A stretch of DNA of 64,000 bases from the human T2T-CHM13v2.0 reference genome, Homo sapiens, in NCBI RefSeq assembly GCF_009914755.1, contig NC_060928.1, one strand, 5' to 3'. The notes beneath the pieces are model-generated. The model made no database searches and was not told the DNA's origin. It saw only the letters and a list, made by a program, of their open reading frames with translations. A program made the position numbers and the translations under genes. Shown here piece after piece: positions 60,021-64,000 of this stretch. Numbering within the stretch: the stretch's first letter is position 1; each line of letters opens with the position of its first letter.

Positions 60021-60362
60021 GTGCCTGTATCCTAGCACTTTGGGAGGCCTGTAATCCTAGCACTTTGGGAGGCCACAGTGGGTGGATCACCTGAGGTTAG
60101 GAGTTTGAGAGGAGCCTGGCCAAAATGGTGAAACCCTGTCTCTACTAAAAATACAAAAATTAGCTAGGCATGGTAGCACGTGACTGTGGTGCCAGCTACT
60201 TGGGAGGCTGAGGCAGGAGAATCCTTTGAACTTGGGAGGCCAAGGTGCAGTGAGCTGACATCATGCCACTGCACCCTAGCCTGGGCGACAGAGCAAGACT
60301 CTGTCTCAAAAAGTAAATAAATAAATAAATACAATAAAATAAAAAGAAGGAAAAGAAAAAAA
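60021..60362 (+). mobile_element. Alu SINE (AluSx-like) with duplicated head segment
   Basis: gcctgta(a)tcctagcactttgggag present twice; A-rich tail. Confidence 0.9.
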
Positions 60363-61089
60363 GTGCCCTAACATATACAAAGGCCTTAGACTCTTTTACA
60401 AAAATAATTTTTAAAAAAAGCCAGTAAGAAATGTGACTCTGAAAGTAGTAAAAAATAATAATAAAAAAAATCACAGGATAATAGCAAGACATAGGCAAAG
60501 TGGTAGCAAAAGCAGATGAGAACAATTGAACAGACATAGAGAGGCATTAACAGTGCTAGAGAAGATACTTATATTTGAGGTTCTACATGTGCATGCCAGT
60601 TTTCAAAATGAAAAATCTTGAATCTTTTAAAAACTATTTTAAAAATCAAGTGTTCATTCCTGGAGATTATCTTTGATCTAGAATAAGGCATTATACCTAG
60701 AATTCTATTTTTCATTTTATTTAAGTATTTTGCCTCAAACTCTTACCCAGGAGTTATTTCATTTTGTAGTTGAATCTTCTGTTATTTAACTTTTTAAAAG
60801 TATGCTTTTACACATTTTTAAAGACCTCAGAAATGGCTGTTTTATGGCCTTAGTATTTTTTTTCCTTAATATTGGGGGAAGCAAAAAATAATTGAAGACA
60901 AATGTTTTAGCACACCATATGAGGGTGAGAATTAAGAATCATTACATTTTCTAAGCAGAGTGAAATAAAAATGTTAACAATTTCTTATTTTATGGATGCA
61001 CATAAACACTAAAATTATCAAATGAGGGAATAAATTTTAAAATATTTTGAACATTTTAGTATTTAACCAATCAGATAGCATATTTTAAT

Positions 61090-63420
61090 GGAATTTATTT
61101 ATTAGAAAGTTTTTAGTTTTACAAAGCAGTTTCACAGAGTATGAAGAGTTTCCAGCTACCTTCTTTACCACCAACCACACAAAGTCTTATTTTTATTAAC
61201 ATCTTGCATTTGTATAGAACATTTGTATTAAATGATGAATCAATATTAATATATTATTATTAACTATGGAACATAGTTAATATTTGGGTTCAATCTTTGT
61301 CTTGTATACCTCCATGAGCTTTACAAAAGCATCATTATGAATCCAACATTACAGTGTCACACAGAATAGTTTTACCACCCTAAAATCCTCTATGCTTCTC
61401 CTATTTATCCCTTCCCCCAACCCCAAAGCCCTGGACATCACTTATCTTTTTACTCTCTCTACAGATTTTTCTTCCCAAGTTGTCATATAATTGGAATTAT
61501 GCAATATGTAGTATTTTCAGACTGTCTTCTTTCACTTAGCAATATGCATTTAAGATTCCTCCAAGTCTTTTAATAGTTTATTAGGCCATTTCTTTATGTC
61601 AATGCTTCTTTTTCTATTGAATGAATGTACCATAGTTTGTTTTTCTATTTACCTATTAAAGAACACTTTGGCTACTTTTAATTTTTGGCAATTATGAGTA
61701 AAACTACATTTGTGTGTAGGCTTTTTGTATAAACATAAATTTTAATCAAATTGAGTAAATATCTGGTTTCTCTGGCTGGATCATATGGTAAGACTATGGT
61801 TAGCTTTGTAAGAAACCACAAAACTGTCTTTCAAAATGGCTGTTTTATTTTCCACTCCCACCAGCAATGAATGAGAGTTCCCCTTCACTGCTTCACATAC
61901 TTGTCAGCACTTGGTACTGTCAATGTTTTGGATTTTAGCCATTCTAACATATGTGTGGTGGTAACTCATTGTTTCAATTTGCAATTCCTGAATGATAAAT
62001 TATATTGAATATCTTTTATATATATTTATTTGTTATCTGTATGTTTTCTTTGATGAAGTGTCCTGATTTTTACTCATTTTAAAATTCAGTTGTTTATTGT
62101 CTTATTGTTGAGTTTTAAGAGTTATTTGTATATTTTGGATAGTAGTTTTTTATTGGATATGTTTCACAAAGATGTCCCTATCTGTTGCTTGTCTCTTCAT
62201 TATCTTAACAGCATCTTCACAAAGCAGAAGTTTTTAATTTTAGTCAACTCTAACATTTCATTCTTTCTTCCAGGTATTGTGTTTTTGGTGTTATATCCAA
62301 AAAGTAATTGGTAAATCCAAAGTGATCCATATGTACTCCTAAACTATCTTCTAGACCTGCTAGAGTTTGGTATTTTACATTTAGATCTATGATTTACTTT
62401 GTTATTTTGTATAAAAGGTGTAAGTTCTGAGCCTAGATTTATTTTTTTTTTTGCACATGGATTTCTAGTTGTTCCAGAAACATTTGTTGAAAGAGCTGTC
62501 CTTTATCTGTTGAATTAATTTTGCTTCATTGTCAAAGACTAGTTGACAATATATTTGTGGAACTATTTCTGGCCTCTCTATTTTATTCCATTCATCTATT
62601 TGTCTATACTTTCACAAATACTATTTTGTTTGCTAGTAAGTAACTTTATAGTAAGTCCTTAAGTCAGGTAGTAGTGCCAGTCCTCTGACATTTATGTATT
62701 TGGTATTGTGTTGCCAATCTATTTATTTTACTATTTCATATAAACTTTAAAACTTACAAAGTAACTTTTTGGTGTTTTTATTGGGTCTGCATTAAATCTG
62801 TTAATCAATTAGGAAAAACTGACAATATAAAAATATTGACTCTTCCTATCCATGAACATGGAATATCTATTTAGATCATTGATTTTGTATGTATTTCTTT
62901 GTACATATTTTGTTAGATTTATAACTAAGTATTTTCTTTACTTTGGTGCATATGTAAGTGTTGTTGTGTTTTTAACTGCCAAATACATTAACCTTTTATC
63001 CCACAATCTTGCTGTAATCTTTTATTAGTTCTAGACACTTCTCAAATTTGTATATTATTTGAGATTTTCTAGTTAGACAAATCCAGAAAATCTGTCATCT
63101 GTCAGCAAATATATCTGTCATGTGTGAACAAAGACAATTTTATTTCTTCCTCCCTTATCTGCATTCCTTTTGTTTCCTTTTCTTATCCTTTTGCATTAGC
63201 TAGGATTTGTAGAATGATGCTAAACGGTAGTGGTGAGAGGGGACATTTTTGCTTTGCTATTGATCTTCTTGGAATAGCATCAAGTTTCTTATCAATAATT
63301 ATGACTTTATCTCTAGGTTCTTGTTTTTCTCTTTTTCTGCCTTTTGTATAAATTGAGCATTTTTGTATGATTCCATTTTATCATTTCAATAGACTTATTA
63401 TCTATACTTCTTTTTGAATA
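61090..63420 (-). mobile_element. L1MC/L1MD-like LINE (3' UTR and ORF2)
   Basis: cagaatagttttaccaccctaaaatcctctatgct 3' UTR; ccaccagcaatgaatgagagttcc and ggtagtggtgagaggggacatt antisense ORF2. Confidence 0.85.
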
Positions 63421-63799
63421 GAAGTAATTTTTAGGTATTAAAAACATTTTAGTAATATAATAAAAATTATAATTTATTAAAAGATTAAATATTATAGAAA
63501 ACTTATCATATAAAAAGTGACATTCTTTCCACCTTCAAAGAATAAACTTTAATTACCCTGACTCATCACTTGTAAAAACATCCAAGTAAAAGCAATATGA
63601 TACCTGCATGCTTTTCAGATATGCTTCTCTGATATATAAAGAAAATTAGAAACATTGTTAACACATGAAAAGTAGTTAAACTATCAGTATGCAACACTAT
63701 GAATAACTTCTCTTTTCAGATTTCTTGGAGAACCCTGGAAATTATTTGAGGTAACCTGTATTTCCATATATTTGTTGAAACCAAACATATTGTTTACAG

Positions 63800-64000
63800 T
63801 ACAGCTTAACTTGTCTTGACAAAGAATCTCAAAATATACATGGCTCAAATAAGAAAAGACTTATCTTTTTAATTATTAATACTTAGCAGTCCAGAAAAAG
63901 TGAAGCTGTAGCTTCATGAGCTCATTAAGTGTTTCCAACTTTGAAGCCTGTCACTCCACCTTCCTCAGAGTGGTGCCCTTATCTACATAGTCAAAGCTGT
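63800..64000 (-). mobile_element. MLT1-type LTR fragment running off the window
   Basis: caaaatatacatggctcaaataagaaaagacttat resembles the antisense old MLT1 3' end. Confidence 0.45.

Overview
AT-rich primate genomic DNA, most likely human because of a near-consensus AluYa5 at 42239. I find no supportable host protein-coding exon, and the listed ORFs derive from Alu, L1, LTR or ERV sequence or are chance. The window is a dense fossil record of transposons: about 17 Alu-family inserts, several old L1s, L2/MIR, hAT DNA transposons and solo LTRs. It includes a structurally complete but decayed 8.6-kb ERV1 provirus on the minus strand (MER57-type LTRs, tRNA-Leu PBS, gag-pro-pol-env, 21331-29963). 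The most unusual signal is two separate minus-strand AluJ elements (about 31.4-31.8 kb and 50.1-50.8 kb) with intact TSDs. Both are split near their 5' ends by direct-orientation copies of DNA from 0.1-1.8 kb to the right, with microhomology at several junctions, which points to local templated insertion or template switching. There is also a probable ancient Gypsy-type integrase relic at about 51.4-52.2 kb. Repeat family names come from my memory of consensus sequences, and boundaries of old elements are approximate.
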